DNA of 64,000 bases from Gammaproteobacteria bacterium. GTDB taxonomy: Bacteria > Pseudomonadota > Gammaproteobacteria > Eutrophobiales > Eutrophobiaceae. Of this stretch, positions 51,354-61,227 are shown piece by piece. Under the pieces are notes generated by a model. The model searched no databases. It had not been told where the DNA came from and was given only the letters and a program-made list of their open reading frames with translations. Both the position numbers and the translations under genes were made by a program. The stretch lies in the NCBI GenBank assembly GCA_965221695.1, contig OZ244905.1, forward strand, positions 2,240,001-2,304,000. The letters run 5' to 3'. The number at the start of each line of letters is the position of its first letter. The first letter of the stretch is position 1.

Positions 51354-52142
51354 ATGATCCCACTCCACGACGACAACCCCACGAGTATTTTCCCGGTACT
51401 CACCGTTACCTTCATCGCGGTCTGCGTACTGGTCTTCCTGTGGCAGGCGTCCCTGGGTACGCAAGGCTACCAGGCGGCGATCTATGCCCTGGGAGTCATC
51501 CCCGCGGTGTTGCTGGACAACGCAATACTGCCCCCGGAACTGTCGCTGGTGCCGCCCTCCATGACCGTGTTCACCTCCATGTTCCTGCACGGCGGCTTCA
51601 TGCACCTGGCCGGCAACATGCTGTACCTGTGGATCTTCGGCAATAACGTAGAAGATGCGATGGGCCATGGCCGCTTCATCGTATTCTACCTGCTGTGCGG
51701 AGTCGCGGCGGTGTTCGGCCAGGTGCTGCAAGACCCGTCATCCGAGATTCCGATGATCGGCGCCAGCGGCGCGATCTCCGGGGTGCTCGGCGCGTACCTG
51801 TTGCTTTACCCCCGCGCCCGGGTGCTGGTGCTGATCCCACTGGGATTCTTCATACAACTGGTCAGGCTGCCGGCGCTGTGGGTACTGGGACTGTGGTTCG
51901 CAATACAATTGATCAGTTCCGCGCTCACCTCGTCGGAAGGCGGAGGCGTGGCCTGGTTCGCCCACATCGGCGGCTTTATCGCCGGCATGGCGCTAATCCC
52001 GTTCTTCAAACGCGGCAACAAGACACTTTTGCATAAAGCCCACGGCTCCAAACGGTACAGCAAACGTGTAAGCCACTGGCCGCAGGGACAACATGACCAA
52101 CTGGAGAACGCCGCAAGACGCTGGTCGAAGCGGGACAGGTAG
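51354..52142 (+). CDS. rhomboid-family intramembrane serine protease
   Basis: HLAGNMLYL, GASGA, AHIGG. Confidence 0.93.
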   Translation: MIPLHDDNPTSIFPVLTVTFIAVCVLVFLWQASLGTQGYQAAIYALGVIPAVLLDNAILPPELSLVPPSMTVFTSMFLHGGFMHLAGNMLYLWIFGNNVEDAMGHGRFIVFYLLCGVAAVFGQVLQDPSSEIPMIGASGAISGVLGAYLLLYPRARVLVLIPLGFFIQLVRLPALWVLGLWFAIQLISSALTSSEGGGVAWFAHIGGFIAGMALIPFFKRGNKTLLHKAHGSKRYSKRVSHWPQGQHDQLENAARRWSKRDR

Positions 52143-52147
52143 GAAGA

Positions 52148-52540
52148 ATGATTATCTATGGTGTCGCCCTGCTCTCCGCCTGCCTTGTGGCGGGCATGCT
52201 GATCGGTGAAGGCCTGGGAATTGTTCTCGGTGTCGAAGCAAATGTCGGCGGTGTGGGCATTGCCATGCTCTTTCTTGTGCTGGCCTGTAATTCCGCTAGA
52301 TTCAGCGCCTTGACCGAAGGGGCGGCGGGTTCGGGTGTGAAGTTCTGGAGCGCGATGTACATCCCCATTGTTGTCGCCATGGCCGCGCAGCAGGATGTTG
52401 CCGCGGCGCTTGACGGCGGCCTGATCGCGCTGGTCGCAGGTGTTGCCGCAGTCGCGGTCAGTTTCGCCCTTGTCCCCGCGCTGAGCAGGATCGGCGCGGA
52501 GCCGGAGAGCGACGCGATCAAGGAGGATGCCGAGCGATGA
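52148..52540 (+). CDS. madL: malonate transporter subunit MadL
   Basis: MIIYGVALL, ANVGGVGIAM, FWSAMYIPIVVAMAA. Confidence 0.92.
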   Translation: MIIYGVALLSACLVAGMLIGEGLGIVLGVEANVGGVGIAMLFLVLACNSARFSALTEGAAGSGVKFWSAMYIPIVVAMAAQQDVAAALDGGLIALVAGVAAVAVSFALVPALSRIGAEPESDAIKEDAER

Positions 52541-53298
52541 CCGAATTGCTGGAAACCGTATTTGTCCGCAACAACCTCATTGTCGCTTTTGCTGTCGTTG
52601 GCATCACGATCTGGCTTTCGTACCTGCTCGCGAACAAGCTCACCGCCGGGCGCATCCACGGTTCGGCCATCGCCATCGCCGTTGGCCTGGTCGCGGCCTG
52701 GTACGGCGGAGTCGTGACCGGCGGCAACCGCGGCGTGGCGGATTTTGCGCTGCTCAGTGGCATCGGCCTGATGGGGGGCGGCATGATGCGCGATTTCGCC
52801 ATCGTCGCCACCGCTTTCGGCGCGCAATTAAGCGAGTTGAAGAAAGCCGGCCTGGCGGGCGTGCTCTCGATTTTCGCCGGCGTCATTGTCTCGTTTGTGG
52901 TTGGCGCGGCGGTGGCGGTGGCATTCGGCTATACCGACCCAACCGAAATCACCACTATCGGCGCCGGCGCGGTGACGTATATCGTCGGCCCGGTTACCGG
53001 AGAGGCCATTGGCGCGTCCGATACCGTGATTACCTTGAGCGTTGCCGCGGGGCTGGTGAAATCGATCCTGGTGATGATCGGCACACCGTTTGTCGCCCGT
53101 TACATCGGCCTGGACAATCCGCAGTCGGCAATGGTGTTCGGCGGCCTGATGGGAACCACAAGCGGCGTGGCCGCGGGGTTGGCGGCAACGGATCCAAAAC
53201 TGGTTCCCTATGGCGCGATGACGGCGACGTTCTACACCGGTGTGGGTTGCCTGTTGGGTCCCTCGGCGCTGTTTTTCGTTGTGGAAGTTATGTTCTGA
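52537..53298 (+). CDS. madM: malonate transporter subunit MadM
   Basis: GRIHGSAIAI, MRDFAIVATA, LVPYGAMTATFYTG.GCL. Confidence 0.92.
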   Translation: MTELLETVFVRNNLIVAFAVVGITIWLSYLLANKLTAGRIHGSAIAIAVGLVAAWYGGVVTGGNRGVADFALLSGIGLMGGGMMRDFAIVATAFGAQLSELKKAGLAGVLSIFAGVIVSFVVGAAVAVAFGYTDPTEITTIGAGAVTYIVGPVTGEAIGASDTVITLSVAAGLVKSILVMIGTPFVARYIGLDNPQSAMVFGGLMGTTSGVAAGLAATDPKLVPYGAMTATFYTGVGCLLGPSALFFVVEVMF

Positions 53299-53389
53299 CT
53301 GAGGCAGGCGGATTCAATCGTTACGCCGAGCGGATTGATCCGTGGCAGATTCATCGGCGGTTGTTATGAACAATACAGGCGGGTGCAAT

Positions 53390-54904
53390 ATGTCACAACA
53401 AGCATTTTCTCATCTGACCGAAGGCAATACGCGCATCGCGCTCGTTGCGGATACGGCAAGTTTCACATACGGCGAGGTGAACTCGCGCATCAATCGATTC
53501 GCGACCGGACTGCTTGGCGGCCGAGACGACCTGGACGAAGAGCGCATCGCCTTCTTCCTGCCGGCGAGCCTTGATTACGTCACCTGCCTGCATGGCGTGT
53601 GGCGGGCGGGGGGCATCGCCGTTCCGCTGAACGTGGCCTCGGCAGTCGCCGAACTCGATCATTATCTGAGCAGCGCCAATGTCACGCGCATGTTCGCTGA
53701 AGCCGAAGCGCCGGAAGAATTACGCGAACTATGCGCATCGCTCGGCATTGAGTTGCTGACCGTGGAAGCAATGCTGGCGCAAGCGCCGGTCGAGTTGCCC
53801 GAGATCGATCCGGGACGCCGCGCCATGATGCTGTTCACCAGCGGCACTACGAGCAAGCCCAAGGGAACGGTGAGCACCCATAAAACGATCCGCGCCCAGA
53901 TCACCACCTTGATCGACGCCTGGCGCTGGACCGAAGATGATGTGATTCCGTTGTTCCTGCCGCTGCACCATATCCACGGTATCATCAACATTCTCAGTTG
54001 CGGGCTGTGGGCGGGCGCCAGGGTGCATTTGTTCGCGGGACTCGATATTCCCAAAGTCACCACGGAGGTGGCGGCCGGCGTCTACAACGTGTTCATGGCC
54101 GTTCCCACCGTTTACGTCAAACTGATCCAATATCTGGAAAAGCAGGACCCGAAACAGGTCGAAGCCATTTGCGCCGGCTTCAAGGCCATGCGCTTGAACA
54201 TTTCCGGCTCGGCGGCCTGCCCGGTCAAGTTGTTCGAGCAATGGCGCGATCTCACCGGCCAGGTTCTGCTCGAACGCTACGGCATGACCGAAATCGGCAT
54301 GGGCATTTCCAATCCCTATCACGGCGAGCGCCGCGCGGGCTATGTCGGCCAACCCCTGCCGGGTGTCGAAGTGCAACTGTTCGACGAATCGCATCAGCCC
54401 GTCACGGGTGAAGACAATCCAGGCGAAATCCGCATCAAGGGCGACAATGTTTTCCTGGAATATTGGGGCAACGAAGAAGCCACTCGCAAGAGTTTTGTCG
54501 ACGGTTGGTTCTGCACCGGCGACATGGCGGTGATCGAGGACGGTTATTTCCGCATCATGGGCCGCACCTCGGTGGACATCATCAAGTCGGGCGGATACAA
54601 GCTCTCGGCGCTGGAAATCGAAGGCGTGTTGCTCACCCACGAGGACATCGCCGAAGTCGCGGTAATCGGCGCCGAAGACGAAGTCTGGGGAGAAGCCGTC
54701 TCAGCTTTCATCGTGACGAAGAGCGGCGCCGAACTGGATTACGCGGAACTGAAAAGCTGGTGCAACGATCGCATGTCGTCCTACAAGATTCCCAAATACG
54801 TCAAGCGCCTCGACGCCCTGCCACGCAATGCCATGGGCAAAGTCACCAAACCCGCGCTAAAAGAGCATTGGAAGAATAGCCGCCCAAAACCCGGTGATCT
54901 TTGA
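53390..54904 (+). CDS. matB: malonyl-CoA synthetase-like acyl-CoA ligase (MatB/ACSF3 type)
   Basis: FTSGTTSKPKG, ERYGMTE, SVDIIKSGGYKLSALEIE, LPRNAMGK; follows madLM. Confidence 0.8.
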   Translation: MSQQAFSHLTEGNTRIALVADTASFTYGEVNSRINRFATGLLGGRDDLDEERIAFFLPASLDYVTCLHGVWRAGGIAVPLNVASAVAELDHYLSSANVTRMFAEAEAPEELRELCASLGIELLTVEAMLAQAPVELPEIDPGRRAMMLFTSGTTSKPKGTVSTHKTIRAQITTLIDAWRWTEDDVIPLFLPLHHIHGIINILSCGLWAGARVHLFAGLDIPKVTTEVAAGVYNVFMAVPTVYVKLIQYLEKQDPKQVEAICAGFKAMRLNISGSAACPVKLFEQWRDLTGQVLLERYGMTEIGMGISNPYHGERRAGYVGQPLPGVEVQLFDESHQPVTGEDNPGEIRIKGDNVFLEYWGNEEATRKSFVDGWFCTGDMAVIEDGYFRIMGRTSVDIIKSGGYKLSALEIEGVLLTHEDIAEVAVIGAEDEVWGEAVSAFIVTKSGAELDYAELKSWCNDRMSSYKIPKYVKRLDALPRNAMGKVTKPALKEHWKNSRPKPGDL

Positions 54905-54957
54905 GATACCCGGCTAGTCAGACCTGTCTGGAAATTGAATATTCATCAAACTGACTG

Positions 54958-57453
54958 TCAGAAATTGTAGTCAACCGTGAAGCCTACGGTGCGCGGCATG
55001 CCGACGACACGGCTCCATTGTACACCGCCGCCGGAATGTGCAGCCGGATAATAATATTCATCAGTGATATTTCGGCTCCATAGAGTGGCGCGCCATTTAT
55101 CATCGGGGCTGGTGAGACTAAGACGCCCGTTCATGACCCAGTAATCCTCAGTACGCCGATCCAGCCGGATGCCCTTTGTTTCGTCCTTGAAACTGTAATC
55201 ACCGCCAAGGGTGAGCCTGTAACCGTTGGCAAGATTCCAGTCATAGGAAATAGTGCTGTTTATCTGCCATTGTGGCGCCATTGGCAGGTCATTGCCAGAA
55301 GCGTCAAAGGTAACAACATTACCAAAGGTGCTGCTGTTATCAACAGCATCCCACCTCTCGATCTCCGTTTTCAACCAGGCTACGCCAAGATAAATGAACA
55401 GGGGATCAGTTGGTTGCCAGGTTATATCAAGGTCTACACCGTAGAGCTCGGACTCCGGTACATTGGTCAGACCGGAGATATTTCCAACCAGCGCCACGGC
55501 CAGGTCAGTTTCCTGCTTGTCTTTGTAATCATAATAGAAGGCGGATGCATTGAGCTGCATCCTGCCGTCGTGAAGACGCATTTTTGTGCCAATCTGGTAT
55601 GCAGTTAGCTTTTCCTTTTCATAGGGCAGGAACTGGGTAGAAGTATTTAGGTTTGCGCCATTGAAGCCACCCGATTTGAATCCCGTGCTGAAAGACGCGT
55701 AGATCATATTTTCGTTATTGAATGTATAGTCAATGACAGCGCGGAACATCGCTTTTTCCATACCTATCTTGTGGGTCAGGGTGTGAAATGCGTTATTTGG
55801 TGTCCCGTTTCCGATTTGTGTGAGGATAAAATTCGGTGAGGTGGGGATGTCGTCCAGTACGGCACAGTCTCCCGGTTGAAGTGTTGCGCCGAAGAAGCCA
55901 TTCCACAGGCCTGCGTAAGAACCATCGCCTGCATCGTAGGTGCAGGACTCGATACTGCGTGATTCGTCAGTGTAACGAACGCCCAGGATAACGCGCCAGT
56001 CTTCTGCCATGGTCCATTCAACATTTCCGAATACTGCAAAAGACTCGGATTCCTGGGTATATCGGGTTTCCAGTTCGTTGATATTAAATACCGCAAATGC
56101 GCTCGAAGGTGCACCATCAATTGAATTGGCCAGGACCGTGTTGGTATAAGCGCCCCCCGGATCGAGGGCCAGCCACTGTGTTGCGCCAATACCGAATTCC
56201 GAATCTTCAAAGGTGTAATGATAGACCTCGTTCATTTTGTCGTCGGAATAATAAAGACCGACCAGCCAGGTGATGGTTTCGGTTTCGCCGCTGAGCCGAA
56301 GTTCCTGGGAGAATAGCTCTATGTCCGTTTGATTATTGACATTGGCATTTTCCGCCGGGGTGCTGTCCCACTGGTTGTTCTCGTTGCGGTCGAATTCGTT
56401 GTAGGCAGTGATGGAAGTCAGTTCAATACCACCAATCTGCCAGGTAAGTTTGGCACTGATTCCAAACAGTTCGTTGTCCCGGACCGGTCGATTGTTTACC
56501 ACCTGATTGACACCGTTGCGTAACTGCGTGACCGTGTTGTCCCAGCCGGCTACTTCATTATCACCGGTTGAAAACCATGGTACCGGTTGACCAAAGAACC
56601 CGCCGCCGGGCAGGAGGTATTCCCCCAGTGGCATGTAGGGATTATTCAGACCCCCTAAGATAACGGGATCATAAGCTGTGCGTGCCTGGTTATCGGAGTC
56701 ATCCTTGACATACTGAGCGTTAAGCGTGATCGTGGCATCTTTACTGATATCAAGATCAACAATACCCCGGACTGCGTGCACATCCTTTTCACCGAGTTTT
56801 TCGTCATTGGGATCGAGGATATTTTTCTGCCAGCCATCGAAGGCCTGAGTGGTGCGGTAGGCAACACGTCCACGGGCCTGGTCTGACATGGGTCCACTAA
56901 TGAATCCTTCAAAGTCCAGGGTATTGTAACTACTGTAGCCGGCGGAAAAACCGGCCTCAAGTTCTTCCGTAGGTTGATTGCTGACGAAATTGATCTGTCC
57001 TGCTGTCGTGTTACGTCCGAACAGATCTCCCTGGGGGCCTTTCAGCACTTCAACACGCTGGACATCGAAAATGGCACCCCGAGTCATCACAGAATAGGGT
57101 ATATTCACCTCGTCAAAATTCAGACCAACGGTGGAGGTTGCTGCTGTACTGTAATCCTGAAAGCCAACACCACGGATGGAATATAACGGTGTGCCGGTAG
57201 CCGCCGTTTCATTTACAGTCAGACCGGGTGTATGCAGGGCCATGTCCTCGGCGGAACGCATGCCCAATTCCTGTAGGCGTTCACCGCTGAAGGCATTGAT
57301 GGTAATGGGAATGTCGTTGACATTCTGTTCGCGTTTCTGTGCTGTAACCACTATTTCTTCCAGCACGGCATGCACGGAATTTGACACCGCGAGCAGAAAA
57401 ATACACATTGGAAATACTTTTGTGCTCGGTCTGGTATTAACTGTCGTTTTCAT
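54958..57453 (-). CDS. TonB-dependent receptor
   Basis: Signal peptide, EEIVVTAQKREQ, VEVLKGPQG.LFGRN..AG.IN, C-terminal PRTVGFTVDYNF. Confidence 0.93.
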   Translation of the reverse strand: MKTTVNTRPSTKVFPMCIFLLAVSNSVHAVLEEIVVTAQKREQNVNDIPITINAFSGERLQELGMRSAEDMALHTPGLTVNETAATGTPLYSIRGVGFQDYSTAATSTVGLNFDEVNIPYSVMTRGAIFDVQRVEVLKGPQGDLFGRNTTAGQINFVSNQPTEELEAGFSAGYSSYNTLDFEGFISGPMSDQARGRVAYRTTQAFDGWQKNILDPNDEKLGEKDVHAVRGIVDLDISKDATITLNAQYVKDDSDNQARTAYDPVILGGLNNPYMPLGEYLLPGGGFFGQPVPWFSTGDNEVAGWDNTVTQLRNGVNQVVNNRPVRDNELFGISAKLTWQIGGIELTSITAYNEFDRNENNQWDSTPAENANVNNQTDIELFSQELRLSGETETITWLVGLYYSDDKMNEVYHYTFEDSEFGIGATQWLALDPGGAYTNTVLANSIDGAPSSAFAVFNINELETRYTQESESFAVFGNVEWTMAEDWRVILGVRYTDESRSIESCTYDAGDGSYAGLWNGFFGATLQPGDCAVLDDIPTSPNFILTQIGNGTPNNAFHTLTHKIGMEKAMFRAVIDYTFNNENMIYASFSTGFKSGGFNGANLNTSTQFLPYEKEKLTAYQIGTKMRLHDGRMQLNASAFYYDYKDKQETDLAVALVGNISGLTNVPESELYGVDLDITWQPTDPLFIYLGVAWLKTEIERWDAVDNSSTFGNVVTFDASGNDLPMAPQWQINSTISYDWNLANGYRLTLGGDYSFKDETKGIRLDRRTEDYWVMNGRLSLTSPDDKWRATLWSRNITDEYYYPAAHSGGGVQWSRVVGMPRTVGFTVDYNF

Positions 57454-57553
57454 TTCACATTCCCCTCAATGAACCGGTGCCCAAAAGGGCAAACGTAACG
57501 CTGCAATTCTGTTACATGGATTCAATATCGTATAAACTGGGGGACCAATTTTC

Positions 57554-57681
57554 TTCACCCAGATTGCAAAATTTTTAACTAAGAGTGCATAAAGTCCTGT
57601 TAATTTGGTTTCAGATAAGGGATCAAAACCACTGTTTCGCCTGTTTGCAATTTCAGCTAAATACATTGCAACCTGGGGAAA
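57554..57681. promoter_or_regulatory. putative AraC/FeaR-like binding sites in the divergent promoter
   Basis: TTGCA-N8-(A/G)AA at 57554-57569 (-), 57635-57650 (-) and 57666-57681 (+). Confidence 0.45.
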
Positions 57682-57777
57682 GAAATTACAACCCGTTCCA
57701 GCCTAGAGTATGGGACCCGGGCATTGAGAATCGCATCTACGCCCAGATATAAATACAAGGCTTCCGGTACCTTATAC

Positions 57778-59787
57778 ATGGCTATTGCAGGAAGAAAAAT
57801 TCCAACAGGGGCAGCATTGGTGCTGGCGGTACTGCTCTCATTATTGTACTTCGAAGCAAACGCTCAGCAAGAGCGATGGGCAGAAAAGGTCTACCTGAAT
57901 GCCCGTATCCATACTGTCGACGAGGATAATCCCATTGCCGGGTTTCTCGCCATACATTCAGGGTGGATTACTGGGTTGGGCACTCCAGAGCAGGCAAAAC
58001 CCTTCATCGGTCCCGGTACGGAAGTAATTGATCTCAATGGCGACACCGTATTGCCGGGTCTGCACGATGCGCATGTACACCTGCTGGCATCACAGTTGAA
58101 ATACGGGGAATTCAATTGTTCTCCCGGAGCAGGTACCGGTACCGTCGAAACGATTGTCGAAGCATTGGAAGCCTGTACTTCCAGCCGGCGTTCCAGGCCC
58201 GGGAACTGGCTGATTATCGGTCCCGTTGCCAATGACCTCCTGGGAGAGAAAGCATTGCGCAATGCCATTAATACCCGTTTCCCGGATACACCTGTGCTGG
58301 TCTCGGATTACAGCAATCACAATGCACTGGCCAACCGCAGGGCTCTTGAACTGGCTGACGTTACCTCCTCCACTAAATCGCCGAAAGGAGGGACAATTAT
58401 TCGGGACGGCAATGGAATACCAACGGGACTGCTGATCGAGACGGCAGTGAGACTGGTGTACCGGGTCATCCCTGACTACGACGAGATGGCCTACCTGGAG
58501 GCGATCAGAACAGCTGTCCGGATCGCCAATCGCTACGGTATCACTTCCGTGCAGGAAGCCTCCGCCATACCCGGTCTGCTGCGGGCCTTGAAACGGCTTG
58601 ATGAAAGGGGTGAGCTGACGCTCCACGTGGCCGCCCATATCGTTATAGACAATGAAAAATTCAGTCCGAATGCACTTTCTCGGGAGGCATTCAATAACAG
58701 GGAACGATATACCTCAACCCATATTGCCGTAAACCATGCCAAGATATGGCTTGACGGACAGCCGCTGGACCCTTTTCCGACCCATGCGCAGATCGACCCT
58801 CTAACCGGGGAAGTAGACGATACCTTTCTGCTGTTTGATCAAAAATGGCTGAATCAAAAAGTTCTGGAGCTTGATCGCCTGGGAATAAAAGTCAAATTAC
58901 ACGCCGTGGGAACCGGTGCAGCGAGGAGCGCACTTGATGCCGTAGCCTTCACCCGGCAACACCATCAAAGCGGCATTAATCACGATATTGCTCATGCTAT
59001 TTTCATCGAACCTGTGGATATCCCTCGCTTCGCCCTGCTGAATGTAACCGCGGAGCAATCTCCGGCGATCTGGCATCTTAATTTACCGGAACTGGCCGAA
59101 GCCTATCCTTTCCGGGCCCTGGTGGATGGCGGCGCCAATGTCACCATCGGTTCAGACTGGCTGCTTCCCCGCACACCAAACCTGTTCCCTTCGCTCCAGG
59201 GTGTTATTGAAGACAGGGGCATAGACAGACAGAACCTGTTGAATATGCTTACTATCAACGGGGCAAAAGCCGTTGGTATGGAAGAAAAAATCGGTTCTCT
59301 GGAAGTAGGAAAAAGCGCCGATTTCATCGTGCTGGACCGAGATCCCATGCACGTTCCCTCCGCCGACCTGAAGGACACAAAGGTGCTCATGACTGTCTTT
59401 GAGGGAAATATCGTTTATTCAAATGCAATGGCTGGCCTTGAGAAAAAGTTCGAAGGTATCCATGCCTACCAGCATGCCAGAGGTCACGTTACCTTCTACA
59501 AGGGCAGGGTCATGTGGATGATAGAAGACACTGTAACCGGGGAAGACAGGGCCGAAGATCCTCAGCAAGAAGTTAAAGGGCTTACCGTGGCTTGGGGAAC
59601 CTACAGACTGATGGACAAGAACCACCTCATCATCCATGTGGATCATTCAAACCGGGTAGAACTTATTGGACAGGAAATACAATTCGAATACGAGTGGCGC
59701 TCAGACGATATTTCCCATTACTGGGTGCTGGACGAACAGGGCAGGAGGACGAGGCATGGAATCTCGAAGAGATTGGCGCCTCCATAG
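57778..59787 (+). CDS. exported YtcJ-like amidohydrolase (Amidohydro_3) with an extra C-terminal domain
   Basis: Signal peptide, PGLHDAHVH, GITSVQEA, HAVG, IAHA, GSDW, GSLEVGKSADFIVLD. Confidence 0.85.
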   Translation: MAIAGRKIPTGAALVLAVLLSLLYFEANAQQERWAEKVYLNARIHTVDEDNPIAGFLAIHSGWITGLGTPEQAKPFIGPGTEVIDLNGDTVLPGLHDAHVHLLASQLKYGEFNCSPGAGTGTVETIVEALEACTSSRRSRPGNWLIIGPVANDLLGEKALRNAINTRFPDTPVLVSDYSNHNALANRRALELADVTSSTKSPKGGTIIRDGNGIPTGLLIETAVRLVYRVIPDYDEMAYLEAIRTAVRIANRYGITSVQEASAIPGLLRALKRLDERGELTLHVAAHIVIDNEKFSPNALSREAFNNRERYTSTHIAVNHAKIWLDGQPLDPFPTHAQIDPLTGEVDDTFLLFDQKWLNQKVLELDRLGIKVKLHAVGTGAARSALDAVAFTRQHHQSGINHDIAHAIFIEPVDIPRFALLNVTAEQSPAIWHLNLPELAEAYPFRALVDGGANVTIGSDWLLPRTPNLFPSLQGVIEDRGIDRQNLLNMLTINGAKAVGMEEKIGSLEVGKSADFIVLDRDPMHVPSADLKDTKVLMTVFEGNIVYSNAMAGLEKKFEGIHAYQHARGHVTFYKGRVMWMIEDTVTGEDRAEDPQQEVKGLTVAWGTYRLMDKNHLIIHVDHSNRVELIGQEIQFEYEWRSDDISHYWVLDEQGRRTRHGISKRLAPP

Positions 59788-59793
59788 ACGAAA

Positions 59794-60777
59794 TTAATTT
59801 CTACTGCGACCCTTTAGCTGATGCAACTTGTATTCACGTGGGGCGACCCCGTAGTATTTTTTGAATAACTTGGAGAAATGCTGGATATTGTTAAAACCAC
59901 AATTGAAGGCAATGGTTGACACGGTCTCAGCGGCATTTTGGGGGTTGGACAATTTACGGGCTGCCTGTTCTATACGGCACAGCCAAATATACCTTGCCGG
60001 GGTAATACCTATCTCAGCGAACAACTGGTAGACCTGACGCTTGCTGATATGGAATTCCGCGGCAATCGCCTCAAGACTTATGTCGTGGTCCGCCAAATGA
60101 TCGTTGATGAATTTTAATAACTGTTCGAACTTTCTGTTAGACTTCTGCTCTGGTAATCGCAATATGCTGTTACCATCAAAATAATATGCTCCACATAACA
60201 GGTGCAACAGCGTGTCTCTGATGTGGACGCTGTTGGCGGACCCGGCGTTCAATTCAGATTGCCGCCGCATCAGGGAACCCAGCATGTCTATTGCAAAGGA
60301 TCCAATACCGGTATCCGACGTTAACATACTACCAGTCATATCCCTTGCCTGGGGTAACGTGATACTGGCAATCGCAGGTGGTATCATGATCGTATAGAGA
60401 CTCGATGTCTTACTGAATTCAATGGCATAGCATTTAGACAAGTCAGTGAGAATGACGTCCCCCGGTGCAAGATAATGGCTTTCACCTTCGTATTCATAGA
60501 TCGCCCGGCCCCGTTTCATGAGGCAAATACTCATTCCCGGATCGGCAGAACTTCTGATTAGTCTGGGGGTTTTGATTACCCGCAGTGGAGAGGTTGTGAT
60601 CCTGTTGATCTTGATCGCATCGATATTGAAACTTGTCGCAGAGGCCCGGAACTGGCTGGCTGATCCAATGGGTTGCTGATCGAGTGGGTGTATCATGGAG
60701 GATACATCCTCGACCCAGCGATGAAACGCCCGTCTGTCTCCCTGACTTTCACAGCTTATCTGATGCATATGATTCAA
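59794..60777 (-). CDS. AraC-family regulator (FeaR-like)
   Basis: AraC_binding_2-like N-terminus; ISKRQVYQLF, IAFNCGFNNIQHFSKLFKKYYGVAPREY. Confidence 0.9.
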   Translation of the reverse strand: MNHMHQISCESQGDRRAFHRWVEDVSSMIHPLDQQPIGSASQFRASATSFNIDAIKINRITTSPLRVIKTPRLIRSSADPGMSICLMKRGRAIYEYEGESHYLAPGDVILTDLSKCYAIEFSKTSSLYTIMIPPAIASITLPQARDMTGSMLTSDTGIGSFAIDMLGSLMRRQSELNAGSANSVHIRDTLLHLLCGAYYFDGNSILRLPEQKSNRKFEQLLKFINDHLADHDISLEAIAAEFHISKRQVYQLFAEIGITPARYIWLCRIEQAARKLSNPQNAAETVSTIAFNCGFNNIQHFSKLFKKYYGVAPREYKLHQLKGRSRN

Positions 60778-60815
60778 TACCTACCGGGAATGAAGATAAT
60801 CTTCTTCCGAATTAA

Positions 60816-60844
60816 GGAACCTCTGAGATTAAGTCAGAGTTTCC
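60816..60844. repeat. minimal family C MITE, TTAA-flanked
   Basis: TTAA-GGAACCTCTGAGATTAAGTCAGAGTTTCC-TTAA. Confidence 0.65.
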
Positions 60845-60927
60845 TTAAGTGATTCAGGTTATTTTGAGCGGCATCGCTATGCTGGTTATACAGTACACTA
60901 TTAGAAATAATTCATAGCGGGGCATAT

Positions 60928-61110
60928 TCAATCTACCCGCCAGGTGTTTGCCGCCTGCTCAGCCAGCCAGGATTGATAGTGGTTGAGGTTTGCCAGGTCC
61001 CAGCGGTCATATTCGGCCACTTTTCCGGCAAGTCTGAAAGAAGTTTTGAGATAATGTTTCTTCTTGGTGGCAAAATCAGAACGTTCAAGTTCGTCCTGGT
61101 TAGTTGACTT
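60928..61110 (-). pseudogene. C-terminal remnant resembling a DUF1524/GmrSD-type nuclease
   Basis: Startless frame ..ELERSDFATKKKHYLKTSFRLAGKVAEYDRWDLANLNHYQSWLAEQAANTWRVD*. Confidence 0.45.
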
Positions 61111-61227
61111 TCGATAATTGGCAGCACCACCTACATTAGGTGTAGGGGAAATATCATTGAGAATTCCATTACTATTATCTTCGCCGCAATTTCGCTTTTC
61201 ATATTCGCCGCTGCTTTATTAGATTTT

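Noticed and set aside
52527-53369. 280-aa ORF overlapping madM
   Set aside because: Arg-rich alternative frame of a GC-rich membrane-protein gene
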